Under the pieces are notes generated by a model that saw only the letters and a program-made list of their open reading frames with translations, had not been told where the DNA came from and ran no database searches. Shown here piece by piece: positions 1 through 8,412 of a DNA stretch of 64,000 nucleotides. Position 1 is the stretch's first letter. Every line of letters starts with the position of its first letter. This stretch comes from Bacteroidia bacterium (lineage in GTDB: Bacteria; Bacteroidota; Bacteroidia; B-17B0; Aurantibacillaceae). The position numbers and the translations under genes are program-made. The DNA lies in assembly GCA_039811645.1 (NCBI GenBank), contig JBDHZB010000006.1, positions 1,293 through 65,292 of the forward strand, in the 5' to 3' direction.

Positions 1-388
1 ATTTTGCAATCTCATAATCGGTGCTCTGTGTAAAAAACATACCATAAAAAACACTATCTAATATGTTGCCTATCGCTCCTGCAAGTACTAAAGAAATAGA
101 AGCAATAAACAAACTGCTCTCACCTTTTTTAATAAGATGCTTGATGTACCAAATACCAAATCCGCAGGCAAATATTCTAAATAATGTAAGTAGTAATTTA
201 CCATATTTTCCTCCCCATTCAATTCCAAATGCCATACCGGGATTTTCTGTAAAATATAAATATGCCCAATCAGAAAATTCTTTAACAATACCAAGCGGAT
301 AATTTAGCTTAATATAAATTTTAATCCCCTGATCTATTGCTAAAACGCCAAGAATTATGGACAATGCAAGTATAGATTTTTTACTCAT
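1..388 (-). CDS. lspA: Lipoprotein signal peptidase (signal peptidase II); C-terminal end cut off by the window edge
   Basis: Absent from the ORF track because it runs off the edge. My translation from the ATG at 388-386 gives MSKKSILALSIILGVLAIDQGIKIYIKL..YFTENPGMAFGIEWGG..SLVLAGAIGNILDSVFYG, which are typical LspA TM segments and motifs. Confidence 0.85.
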   Translation of the reverse strand, partial: MSKKSILALSIILGVLAIDQGIKIYIKLNYPLGIVKEFSDWAYLYFTENPGMAFGIEWGGKYGKLLLTLFRIFACGFGIWYIKHLIKKGESSLFIASISLVLAGAIGNILDSVFYGMFFTQSTDYEIAK

Positions 389-478
389 GATGGCTATTAT
401 CTCAATTTTGTGCGAATATAGTAATTATGTTTTTCGCAAATAATATATTGGATACTTTATACCCATTTTCTTACATTT

Positions 479-1435
479 ATGCCTCTAATTTTTATGACAG
501 ACAAGTTTAAGTTGAGTTATTGGATATTTGCGTATATTATAGTACAATTTCTTTGGTGGGAAGTATTGCTGGTTCGTCAAAATAATCAGATTATTAGTTT
601 AGAGCAAAAAATACAAGCATTGAATACTACCGATTTATCTCGCATAAAAAAAATACAAAATGACTTAAGTAATGAGCAAATAAAAAGGACATGGATGTTT
701 GCCGGAGAAGGAACTGTTTTTTTACTCTTTTTGATATATGGATTTTATAAACTACAAAATGCTTATCATAATGAGGTGTCCGTAAATAGACGGCAAAATA
801 ATTTTTTACTCAGCCTGCCACATGAATTAAAAACACCGCTTGGCATTGTTCAATTAAACTTACAAACATTACTAAAGAATAAAGATTTATCGGAAGATAA
901 AAAAGAACAAATAGCATTAAAATCTGTAGAAGAACTGAAACGTTTACAAAAACTAATAGATCAGTTATTATTATCTAATAAAATTGCAAATGGAAAATTA
1001 ATTTTAAATACTGAACAATGCAATTTATCTCAGCTAATATCGGATATGGTAACTCATCAATATAAAAACAAGAATATAAAATCATCTATTCAAGAAAATA
1101 TTTTCGCATTGGTTGATAAAGATTATTTTCAGATATTGCTTACAAACCTAATAGATAACGCATTAAAGTTTTGTGATACATATACCGAAGTGGTTCTAAA
1201 ACAAAATGGCAACCAAACCTATTTAGAAATTATAAATGACGGTGCTATCATACCAAATAATGAAAAAGAAAAAATATTTGAATTATTCTATCGCTTAAAA
1301 GCTCATGAAGAAGGAAACATTAAAGGTACAGGCTTAGGGTTGTATTTGGTTCAACAAATTGTACAAGCTCATCACTTTAATATTAGTGTATTAACAAGAA
1401 ATAATTATAATGCTTTTCAAATCATATTTACATAA
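479..1435 (+). CDS. Membrane-bound sensor histidine kinase with two N-terminal TM segments and no obvious sensor domain
   Basis: H-box SLPHELKTPLG, N-box LLTNLIDNALKF, G-boxes IINDG and GTGLGLYLV; ATG at 479. Confidence 0.85.
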   Translation: MPLIFMTDKFKLSYWIFAYIIVQFLWWEVLLVRQNNQIISLEQKIQALNTTDLSRIKKIQNDLSNEQIKRTWMFAGEGTVFLLFLIYGFYKLQNAYHNEVSVNRRQNNFLLSLPHELKTPLGIVQLNLQTLLKNKDLSEDKKEQIALKSVEELKRLQKLIDQLLLSNKIANGKLILNTEQCNLSQLISDMVTHQYKNKNIKSSIQENIFALVDKDYFQILLTNLIDNALKFCDTYTEVVLKQNGNQTYLEIINDGAIIPNNEKEKIFELFYRLKAHEEGNIKGTGLGLYLVQQIVQAHHFNISVLTRNNYNAFQIIFT

Positions 1436-2501
1436 TTTGCAATATAGTTTAGTAATACTCCTTATTCTATTTTTTACTTTTTGTACAGAAGAAAAGACAG
1501 AACATGCACAAGTTCTTCATGATAAAATGTCTATTAAGTACGCCAAACACTTTGGATTTATTAAGAAAAATAATGAATCATTGATATTTGTAAGTCAGAA
1601 TTTTAAAGATACTTTATTTTATCATTTATCAAAACCTTGCACCCGTATTATTACCTTAGGAACCATACCTGCTTATCAATTAACACGATTATACGAAAGT
1701 GATAAAATTGTTGGAATAGACGATATTAAGTATTACAATAATAATGCAATTATTAAACAATTCAATACAGGTAAATTATTAGAGGTTTGCCCTAATATGC
1801 AATGGAATTATGAACGGATTATCGCTTGTAAGCCAAGTATAATTATTGCATACGACCAAACAAATGATAATGCAAAATTACAACAGGTATTATCCCGAAA
1901 CAATATTGAATTTATTTTATATTACGATTATTTAGAAAATCATCCATTAGCACGTGCCGAGTGGATTAAATTTTTAGGAGCATTACAACATAAAGACTCT
2001 TTGGCAACTGCCATTTTTGATAGTATTGAAACACAATACACCACTCTAAAAAACAAAGTACAAACATCTAAAAAGCCTACTGTTTACTCTGAATACCTAT
2101 ACGGAGATGTTTGGTATGTTGCAGGCAAAGACTCTTATATTTCTCAATTAGTAAAAGATGCCGGAGGAAAATATATTTTTGATTTCTTAGATTATGAATC
2201 ATCTCAACCACAATCATTAGAATTTGTTCTAAAATATGCACAAACCGCAGATTATTGGATTAACCTTGGAGTCTTTAATTCTTTGCAACAAATAGAAAAT
2301 CAAAACTCAAAATATACTTTATTTAAAGCATTTCAAAATAAAAAGGTATATAATAATAACAAGCAATTAAATCGCTATCAGTATAATAATTATTACGAAT
2401 CCGGAATTTGCAATCCTAATTTACTATTGTTGGATATGATAAAAATTTTACATCCTGATATTATCAATGATACATTACAATATTATTCGTTATTAAAATG
2501 A
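1410..2501 (+). CDS. ABC transporter substrate-binding lipoprotein, BtuF/FecB-like (iron-siderophore, heme or cobalamin class)
   Basis: Lipoprotein-like signal (LILFFTFC). Overall resemblance to class-8 periplasmic binding proteins (RIITLGTIPAYQL, VGIDD, KPSIIIAYD). Overlaps the kinase by 26 nt and the permease by 4 nt. Confidence 0.7.
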   Translation: MLFKSYLHNLQYSLVILLILFFTFCTEEKTEHAQVLHDKMSIKYAKHFGFIKKNNESLIFVSQNFKDTLFYHLSKPCTRIITLGTIPAYQLTRLYESDKIVGIDDIKYYNNNAIIKQFNTGKLLEVCPNMQWNYERIIACKPSIIIAYDQTNDNAKLQQVLSRNNIEFILYYDYLENHPLARAEWIKFLGALQHKDSLATAIFDSIETQYTTLKNKVQTSKKPTVYSEYLYGDVWYVAGKDSYISQLVKDAGGKYIFDFLDYESSQPQSLEFVLKYAQTADYWINLGVFNSLQQIENQNSKYTLFKAFQNKKVYNNNKQLNRYQYNNYYESGICNPNLLLLDMIKILHPDIINDTLQYYSLLK

Positions 2502-3469
2502 TAAAGTGGCTGTTGCATCATACTTGGATATTATTGTTTTTACTGGCATTATTTGGGCTTGCTGATGTATGCATTGGAGAAATTAACATCTTTCATGATA
2601 AAGATATTACAGACGTTGTGCTACAATTACGATTACCTAAAACTTTAACTGCGGTTGCAGCAGGTGGCACCATTGCTATTTGCGGGCTATTATTGCAAAT
2701 TCTTTTTAGGAATCCATTAGCCGGACCTTATGTGCTTGGTATTAGCAGCTCTGCGTCATTATTTGTATCCATTGGAATACTATCCGGTATTACTTCTAAT
2801 ATTATATTTCTTAATCATCTGAGTTTAACGGGATTTGCCATTGTTGGCGCATGGCTTGGAATTTTAATTATCTTTCTAATATTAAAAATCACTCAACAAA
2901 TTGGAATGGTATTATTAATTGGATTTATGCTGGCACAATTCTATTCAGCATTTCAAAGCATATTAGATTACTGGAGTGATGCGCACGCTCTAAAAATGTT
3001 GGTCGTTTGGAATATGGCTTCTATTCAAAACACTTCATTGTATCAATCAGTTACTTTGCTAATTTTATCTATTATTGCTTTTGGGTTAGCTTTGTTTTTT
3101 ACGAAGCCGCTTACAGCTTATCTTATGGGCGATGAAGATGCAAGATTACTTGGTATTGACATTCACAAAACAAGAAATATCTTAATATTTATAGTCTCTA
3201 TTTTAACAGGAATTACTACCGCATACTGTGGACCAATTGCACTTATTGGAATGTGTATTCCTATACTTGTAAGAATATCTTCTCATCAAGCAAATATTAC
3301 TTTATGGATAAAAAACACATTTTTATTCGGTGCCTTATCATTATTGCTAACAGATGTTATTAATAGCATGTTTTTTGCAGGAAGTGTTCCTGTGAATATT
3401 TTAATTTCTTTATGGGGGATTCCTCTAATCGTTTGGGTATTAGTTAAGCAAACAAAAATTTTTATTTAG
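2498..3469 (+). CDS. FecCD/BtuC-family ABC transporter permease
   Basis: Polytopic 323-aa protein (~9-10 TM by eye). LRLPKTLTAVAAGGTIAICGLLLQ and GPIALIGMCIPILVR are typical FecCD motifs. Confidence 0.85.
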   Translation: MIKWLLHHTWILLFLLALFGLADVCIGEINIFHDKDITDVVLQLRLPKTLTAVAAGGTIAICGLLLQILFRNPLAGPYVLGISSSASLFVSIGILSGITSNIIFLNHLSLTGFAIVGAWLGILIIFLILKITQQIGMVLLIGFMLAQFYSAFQSILDYWSDAHALKMLVVWNMASIQNTSLYQSVTLLILSIIAFGLALFFTKPLTAYLMGDEDARLLGIDIHKTRNILIFIVSILTGITTAYCGPIALIGMCIPILVRISSHQANITLWIKNTFLFGALSLLLTDVINSMFFAGSVPVNILISLWGIPLIVWVLVKQTKIFI

Positions 3470-4317
3470 AATTTTATTTCAACACCAAATAAAAGTACTT
3501 TTAAAATTTCAATATCTTCTTTTGATATACGTGTTCCTCTTAAATCTAAATACTCTAAGTTTTTCAGTTCACTAATGCTGTCTGGAAGTTTAGTAATTTT
3601 TGTGTTTTGAAAGGAAAGCACGCGGAGTTTCTTTAAATGATAAATATTCCATGGAACATTCTTCAATGGCGAATTTTCTATCGCCAGCACTTCAAGATTT
3701 TCAGCAGCATTCAAATTATCAGGCAAATACCACGTATTGGCGTTATTAAGCACAAGTGTTCTTAATGAGGAAATTTTAAATAACGATTTTGGACAGCTAT
3801 CTGCTACAATATTTTCAAATACTATTTCATTTAATTTTTTATTGTATTTAAGCAGTTTAGTAATTTTCAATGTATCACCGTTTCCATAAACCTTTATTAC
3901 TTTTAGGTATTGGCATGCTACCAGCGAGTTAGGGAGTGTATCAATTTTACTATTACCTATTTCTATATATTGCAAATTCGGGAAAGATGCAAATGAACAT
4001 GGCCAAGATTTTATATTATTATTTAAAGATGATAAAAAAACCAGTTGATGTAAATTACAAAAACTTTCCGGCAAGCCATTTAAGTTATTAGAGTTCAGTT
4101 GCAGGTTCATTAGGTTTTCTAACTTCCCAATTTTTTCCAATCCCTTTGTTTCAAATGGCTGATAGCTTAAATCTAATTTGAATACTGCTTTTGGAGCTTT
4201 AAGGGCAGCTTTATAATCTTTGAATATTTCAGAGTTAAATGGTCCGTAAATATCAAATGCTGATTGTGCAAAAACTTTTAAGCCGATAAAAAATATATAG
4301 AATAATATATAGCGCAT
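3466..4317 (-). CDS. Secreted leucine-rich-repeat (LRR) protein
   Basis: Signal peptide MRYILFYIFFIGLKVFAQS followed by ~9-10 repeats of LxxLxLxxNxLxxLPxS type (e.g. LMNLQLNSNNLNGLPESFCNL, LEYLDLRGTRIS). Confidence 0.8.
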   Translation of the reverse strand: MRYILFYIFFIGLKVFAQSAFDIYGPFNSEIFKDYKAALKAPKAVFKLDLSYQPFETKGLEKIGKLENLMNLQLNSNNLNGLPESFCNLHQLVFLSSLNNNIKSWPCSFASFPNLQYIEIGNSKIDTLPNSLVACQYLKVIKVYGNGDTLKITKLLKYNKKLNEIVFENIVADSCPKSLFKISSLRTLVLNNANTWYLPDNLNAAENLEVLAIENSPLKNVPWNIYHLKKLRVLSFQNTKITKLPDSISELKNLEYLDLRGTRISKEDIEILKVLLFGVEIKF

Positions 4318-5682
4318 TTAAATACTTTCAGCAATTAGTGTTGTGGATGTTGCAGACTTCACTATTACATTTGCATAATCTCCGACTTTAAAGTGTTTCT
4401 TTGGGAACACAACTACTGTGTTTTGAGAATTCCTTCCCATCCACATTTCATCAGATTTTTTTGAAGTTCCTTCTATCAATACTTCTTGTTCTCTTCCTAC
4501 TTGTTGTTGTACTCTATATGCACTATGCTGTTGCTGGAGTGTTATAATTTCGTTTAATCTTCGTTTTTTTATATCTTCAGGAACATCATCTTTATATTTT
4601 CTTTCTGCTAATGTTTTAGGGCGTTCGCTATACATAAACATATAGGCAAAATCATACTTTACTTGATTCATTATATCTAATGTTTGCAAATGCTCATCTT
4701 CTGTTTCGCCACAAAATCCCGCAATAATATCAGTAGAAACAGCACAATCCGGCATATAGTGTTTTATTGCCGCAATTCTTTCTAAATACCATTCACGAGT
4801 ATATCCTCTATTCATTCTTTCCAACATGCTATTGCTTCCGCTTTGAATAGGCAGATGAATATATTTACAAATATTTTGGTGGCTTGCCATTACTTTCAAT
4901 ACATCATCGGTCATATCTTTTGGGTGAGATGTAGAAAAACGAACACGAAGATTTGGGCTTGTTTCTGATATAAGAGCTAATAATTTGTCAAATGTATAAA
5001 TATCTTTTGTCTGTGTTGTTTTTTGTAAATCTTTCTTAGCACCATCACCACTCCAAAAATAAGAATCCACATTTTGTCCTAAGAGTGTTACTTCTTTGTA
5101 GTTTTGATTAACTAAAGACAGAGCTTCGTCTTTTATAGAAAAAGGATTACGACTCCTCTCGCGCCCCCTGGTAAATGGCACAACGCAAAAGCTACACATA
5201 TTATCGCAACCACGCATAATGCTGATAAAAGCAGTAACACCATTGCTATTTAATCGTACAGGTGCAATATCTGCATAGGTTTCTTCTTTGCTTAATAAAA
5301 CATTAACTGCTTTTTTGCCATCTTCTGCCTGTTCAATTAAGTGCGGTAAAGAACGATAAGCATCAGGTCCTGCCACTATATCTACCAATTTTTCTTCATC
5401 TAATAATTGTTCTTTCAGCCGCTCTGCCATACAGCCAAGAACTCCTACTACCGAATTATTTTTACTTTTTAATTGCTTTAATTCTTTTAATCTATGACGA
5501 ATTTTTTGTTCGGCATTATCCCGTACAGAACATGTATTTAGCAAAATCAAATCAGCATTATCAGCTTTATTACTTGGTTTCATACCTTGTTCAGCAAGAA
5601 TAGCAGAAACAATTTCGCTATCCGAAACATTCATTTGACAGCCATAACTTTCAATATAAAATGTTTTATTTTTTTCGCTCAT
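4318..5682 (-). CDS. miaB: tRNA-i6A37 methylthiotransferase (radical SAM MTTase)
   Basis: N-terminal [15 protein letters not shown], radical-SAM cluster motif CDNMCSFC, C-terminal TRAM-like domain; 454 aa. Confidence 0.93.
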   Translation of the reverse strand: MSEKNKTFYIESYGCQMNVSDSEIVSAILAEQGMKPSNKADNADLILLNTCSVRDNAEQKIRHRLKELKQLKSKNNSVVGVLGCMAERLKEQLLDEEKLVDIVAGPDAYRSLPHLIEQAEDGKKAVNVLLSKEETYADIAPVRLNSNGVTAFISIMRGCDNMCSFCVVPFTRGRERSRNPFSIKDEALSLVNQNYKEVTLLGQNVDSYFWSGDGAKKDLQKTTQTKDIYTFDKLLALISETSPNLRVRFSTSHPKDMTDDVLKVMASHQNICKYIHLPIQSGSNSMLERMNRGYTREWYLERIAAIKHYMPDCAVSTDIIAGFCGETEDEHLQTLDIMNQVKYDFAYMFMYSERPKTLAERKYKDDVPEDIKKRRLNEIITLQQQHSAYRVQQQVGREQEVLIEGTSKKSDEMWMGRNSQNTVVVFPKKHFKVGDYANVIVKSATSTTLIAESI

Positions 5683-5724
5683 AATTTAATTTTTAGTTCA
5701 ACTGCGCGTTATCATCTAACTCTG

Positions 5725-7572
5725 TTACTCTACGGTTACGCTTTTTGCAAGATTTCTTGGCTGATCAACATTACAACCCCTCATTACCGCAATATGATAT
5801 GCCATCAATTGTAGCGGAACAGAAGATACAAGTGGAACAAGTGCCTCGTCGGTTTCCGGAATTTCTATTACATGATCTGCAAACTGCTTAATATATTTAT
5901 CTCCTGATGTTACAATGGCAACAATTTTGCCTTTTCTTGATTTCACCTCCTGAATATTACTCAATACTTTTTCATAATTAGGTCCCTTAGTTGCTAAAAA
6001 CACTACAGGCATATTTTCATCAATAAGAGCAATAGGACCATGCTTCATTTCTGCTGCAGGATAACCCTCTGCATGAATATATGATATTTCTTTCAGCTTA
6101 AGCGCTCCTTCCAAAGCAATAGGAAACCCAAAGCCTCTACCCAAATATAAAAAGTTTTTAGCACTCTTATATATTTCAGAAACCTTTTTAATAAAATTAT
6201 CTTCTTCTAATACGTGCTCAATTTTTCCGGGAATAGCTTCTAATTCATAAAGTAATGTGCGGAATCTATTAATTGGTAAGCTGTTTTTTAATTGTGCAAT
6301 ATGCAAAGCCATTAGTGTAAGCACTGTTACCTGTGCAGTAAATGCTTTTGTAGAAGCCACACCAATTTCCGGACCGGCATGCGTGTAAGAGCCTGCTTGT
6401 GTAGCACGGGCAATAGATGACCCTACAACATTACATATCCCTAATACAATTGCTCCTTTTTGTTTTGCCATTTCTATAGCCGCTAATGTATCTGCTGTTT
6501 CACCACTTTGTGAAATTGCAAGCACCACATCATTAGGATAGATAATGGGGTTTCTATATCTAAATTCAGAAGCGTATTCCACTTCTACAGGAATACGAGT
6601 AAATTCTTCCAGCAAGTATTCACCTACCAATCCTGCATGATAAGAGGTTCCGCATGCCACAATAATAATACGGTTTGTTTTTTTTAACTGATCTTCATAA
6701 TCTTTAATGCCACCTAAAAACACTTTGCCTTCGTGAGAATTAATTCTTCCTCGCATACTGTCTTTAATAGATTTTGGTTGCTCAAAAATCTCTTTTAACA
6801 TAAAATGCTCATAGCCGCCTTTTTCTATTGCTTCCAGTTCTATCGTTAATTCTTCTATATATGGTGTTATTTCTTTTCTATCTTTTAAGTTAATAATTTT
6901 TAAGTCTTCTCCTCTTTTGATAACAGCAACCGTTTCATCTTCAAGGTAAACAACATTTTTTGTGTACTCTATAATTGGAGAAGCATCAGAAGCAACTACA
7001 TACTCATCTTTCCCAATACCAATAACCATAGGGCTACTTTTTTTTGCTACTATTAATGTATCGGGATTTGCTTTATCCATTAACACAATAGCATAAGCGC
7101 CAATCACTTGATTAAGTGCTGCAATTACGGCATTTTCTAAAGACAATTTATCGTGTTGCTGAATATCTTCTATCAGATGCACAAGGACTTCCGTGTCTGT
7201 TTCTGATAAAAATTTGTGTCCGCGTTTCTTTAAGCCCTCTTTTAATGAAGAATAATTTTCAATAATGCCATTATGAATAAGTGCCAATTGTTTATTTTGA
7301 GAGATGTGTGGATGAGCATTAACATCATTGGGTTCTCCGTGTGTAGCCCAGCGTGTATGTGCAATACCAATATGTCCCGAAAGATTTTTACCTTGACAAA
7401 ATGCGTCTAACTCAGATACTTTCCCTTTCTTTTTATAGATATTAAGCGAATGCTGATCATCAATCAGAGCAACACCTGCGCTGTCGTACCCCCTGTATTC
7501 TAAGCGATACAATCCTTTAATTAAAAGATGGTAGGCATCTTTTTTTCCTACATATCCTACAATACCACACAT
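5725..7572 (-). CDS. glmS: Glutamine--fructose-6-phosphate aminotransferase (isomerizing)
   Basis: MCGIVGY Ntn-amidotransferase start, two SIS domains (GTSYHAG, SQSGETADT), canonical C-terminus LAKSVTVE; 615 aa. Confidence 0.97.
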   Translation of the reverse strand: MCGIVGYVGKKDAYHLLIKGLYRLEYRGYDSAGVALIDDQHSLNIYKKKGKVSELDAFCQGKNLSGHIGIAHTRWATHGEPNDVNAHPHISQNKQLALIHNGIIENYSSLKEGLKKRGHKFLSETDTEVLVHLIEDIQQHDKLSLENAVIAALNQVIGAYAIVLMDKANPDTLIVAKKSSPMVIGIGKDEYVVASDASPIIEYTKNVVYLEDETVAVIKRGEDLKIINLKDRKEITPYIEELTIELEAIEKGGYEHFMLKEIFEQPKSIKDSMRGRINSHEGKVFLGGIKDYEDQLKKTNRIIIVACGTSYHAGLVGEYLLEEFTRIPVEVEYASEFRYRNPIIYPNDVVLAISQSGETADTLAAIEMAKQKGAIVLGICNVVGSSIARATQAGSYTHAGPEIGVASTKAFTAQVTVLTLMALHIAQLKNSLPINRFRTLLYELEAIPGKIEHVLEEDNFIKKVSEIYKSAKNFLYLGRGFGFPIALEGALKLKEISYIHAEGYPAAEMKHGPIALIDENMPVVFLATKGPNYEKVLSNIQEVKSRKGKIVAIVTSGDKYIKQFADHVIEIPETDEALVPLVSSVPLQLMAYHIAVMRGCNVDQPRNLAKSVTVE

Positions 7573-7642
7573 AAGTTTATTTTAATAAATTGCCGTAAAA
7601 ATACAAATTATACTCGGATTTTTTTACTCAAAAAATGAGTCT

Positions 7643-8206
7643 CTATTTATTATACTTATTCATGGTAAATTGCAGCCCGCTAAACATAAATGATATAATG
7701 GCATCTGAGCAAATCGGTATTTTTTCCTGAATAATTTTTAACTCATCTGCTGTCCACTTACCAAGAACAAAATCCACTTGTTTTCCCTTCGAAAAATTAT
7801 TACCGATACCAAATCGCAAACGTGGATAGTCAGATGTTTTAAGGTGCTCTTGAATACTTTTTAATCCATTGTGTCCACCATCACTACCCTTTCCAAATAG
7901 TCTAAGTTTTCCTAATTCAAAAGCCAAGTCATCTACAATTACTAAAGTATTGTGTAATTCTGTTTGTGTTTCGTTTATCCAATACTGAACAGCTTTTCCA
8001 CTTAGGTTCATATATGTAGTAGGCTTAATGATATGTATTTGTTTACCTTTATATTTTCCTGCCGCAACAAAAGCTAATCGATTTAGCACAAACTGAAATC
8101 CTAATTTATCAGCTAAATAATCTGCAATGTCAAATCCTATGTTGTGCCGAGTGTGTGCATACTCATCACCAATATTACCTAATCCTATAATTAAAAATTT
8201 TGACAT
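7643..8206 (-). CDS. pth: Peptidyl-tRNA hydrolase
   Basis: FLIIGLGNIGDEYAHTRHNIGF and GGHNGLKS motifs. I place the start at the ATG at 8206, because the track's TTG at 8221 lies inside the predicted -7 promoter box. Confidence 0.92.
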   Translation of the reverse strand: MSKFLIIGLGNIGDEYAHTRHNIGFDIADYLADKLGFQFVLNRLAFVAAGKYKGKQIHIIKPTTYMNLSGKAVQYWINETQTELHNTLVIVDDLAFELGKLRLFGKGSDGGHNGLKSIQEHLKTSDYPRLRFGIGNNFSKGKQVDFVLGKWTADELKIIQEKIPICSDAIISFMFSGLQFTMNKYNK

Positions 8207-8218
8207 GTTTATTTTCTG

Positions 8219-8226
8219 CAAATTTA
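8219..8226 (-). promoter_or_regulatory. Bacteroidota-type -7 promoter box TAAATTTG upstream of pth
   Basis: Exact TAnnTTTG match on the minus strand, 12 nt upstream of the pth ATG. Confidence 0.45.
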
Positions 8227-8358
8227 ATGAAATGTTGATGACTTTGCATAAAACCTTTTTTATTGGCAGCCTATTTCTACAGGATTACAAGCGGTAAAAA
8301 CGAATAAAAGCTCAGTAATTTTATTATTTTTATACACTACTTATTTTTTCAAATAATC

Positions 8359-8397
8359 AAAAAAAAAAAATCCCGAAATAATTCGGGATTTTTTTTT
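8359..8397. terminator. Intrinsic terminator hairpin, symmetric (A-run / stem-loop / T-run), downstream of secDF
   Basis: A12 run, stem TCCCGAA (8371-8377), loop ATAA, stem TTCGGGA (8382-8388), T9 run. On the minus strand this hairpin plus U-tract follows the secDF stop. Confidence 0.8.
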
Positions 8398-8412
8398 GAA
8401 TTACTTAAGGCA

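Noticed and set aside
63-302. ORF-track entries 63-302(+) and 88-294(-)
   Set aside because: Both lie inside the edge-truncated lspA gene (minus strand, a different frame from 88-294), which has clear signal peptidase II motifs. They have no motifs of their own.
5683-5724. Search for a glmS ribozyme, a cobalamin riboswitch upstream of the BtuF-like gene, a T-box upstream of alaS, or tmRNA near smpB
   Set aside because: The relevant upstream regions are far too short: 42 nt, a gene overlap, 18 nt of leader, and 37 nt. They show no extended conserved structure.
5587-5814. 75-aa plus-strand ORF spanning the miaB/glmS junction
   Set aside because: It overlaps the 5' end of miaB and the 3' end of glmS in antisense. 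The true intergenic gap is only 42 nt.
7628-7645. Mini-palindrome CTCA-A(5-6)-TGAG shared between the pth/glmS spacer and the alaS leader (47202-47213)
   Set aside because: The stem is only 4-5 bp and AT-rich, and no U-tract follows in the transcribed orientation. The match is short enough to be coincidental.
8207-8221. Non-ATG (TTG/GTG) or upstream-ATG N-terminal extensions in the ORF track (starts at 8221, 17676, 21237, 27227, 36301, 39796, 57191, 62841)
   Set aside because: In each case a downstream ATG gives a canonical N-terminus or signal peptide. In four cases an exact -7 promoter box lies within or downstream of the extension. For 62841, my reading of the bases also puts the upstream TTG out of frame with the ATG at 62820.
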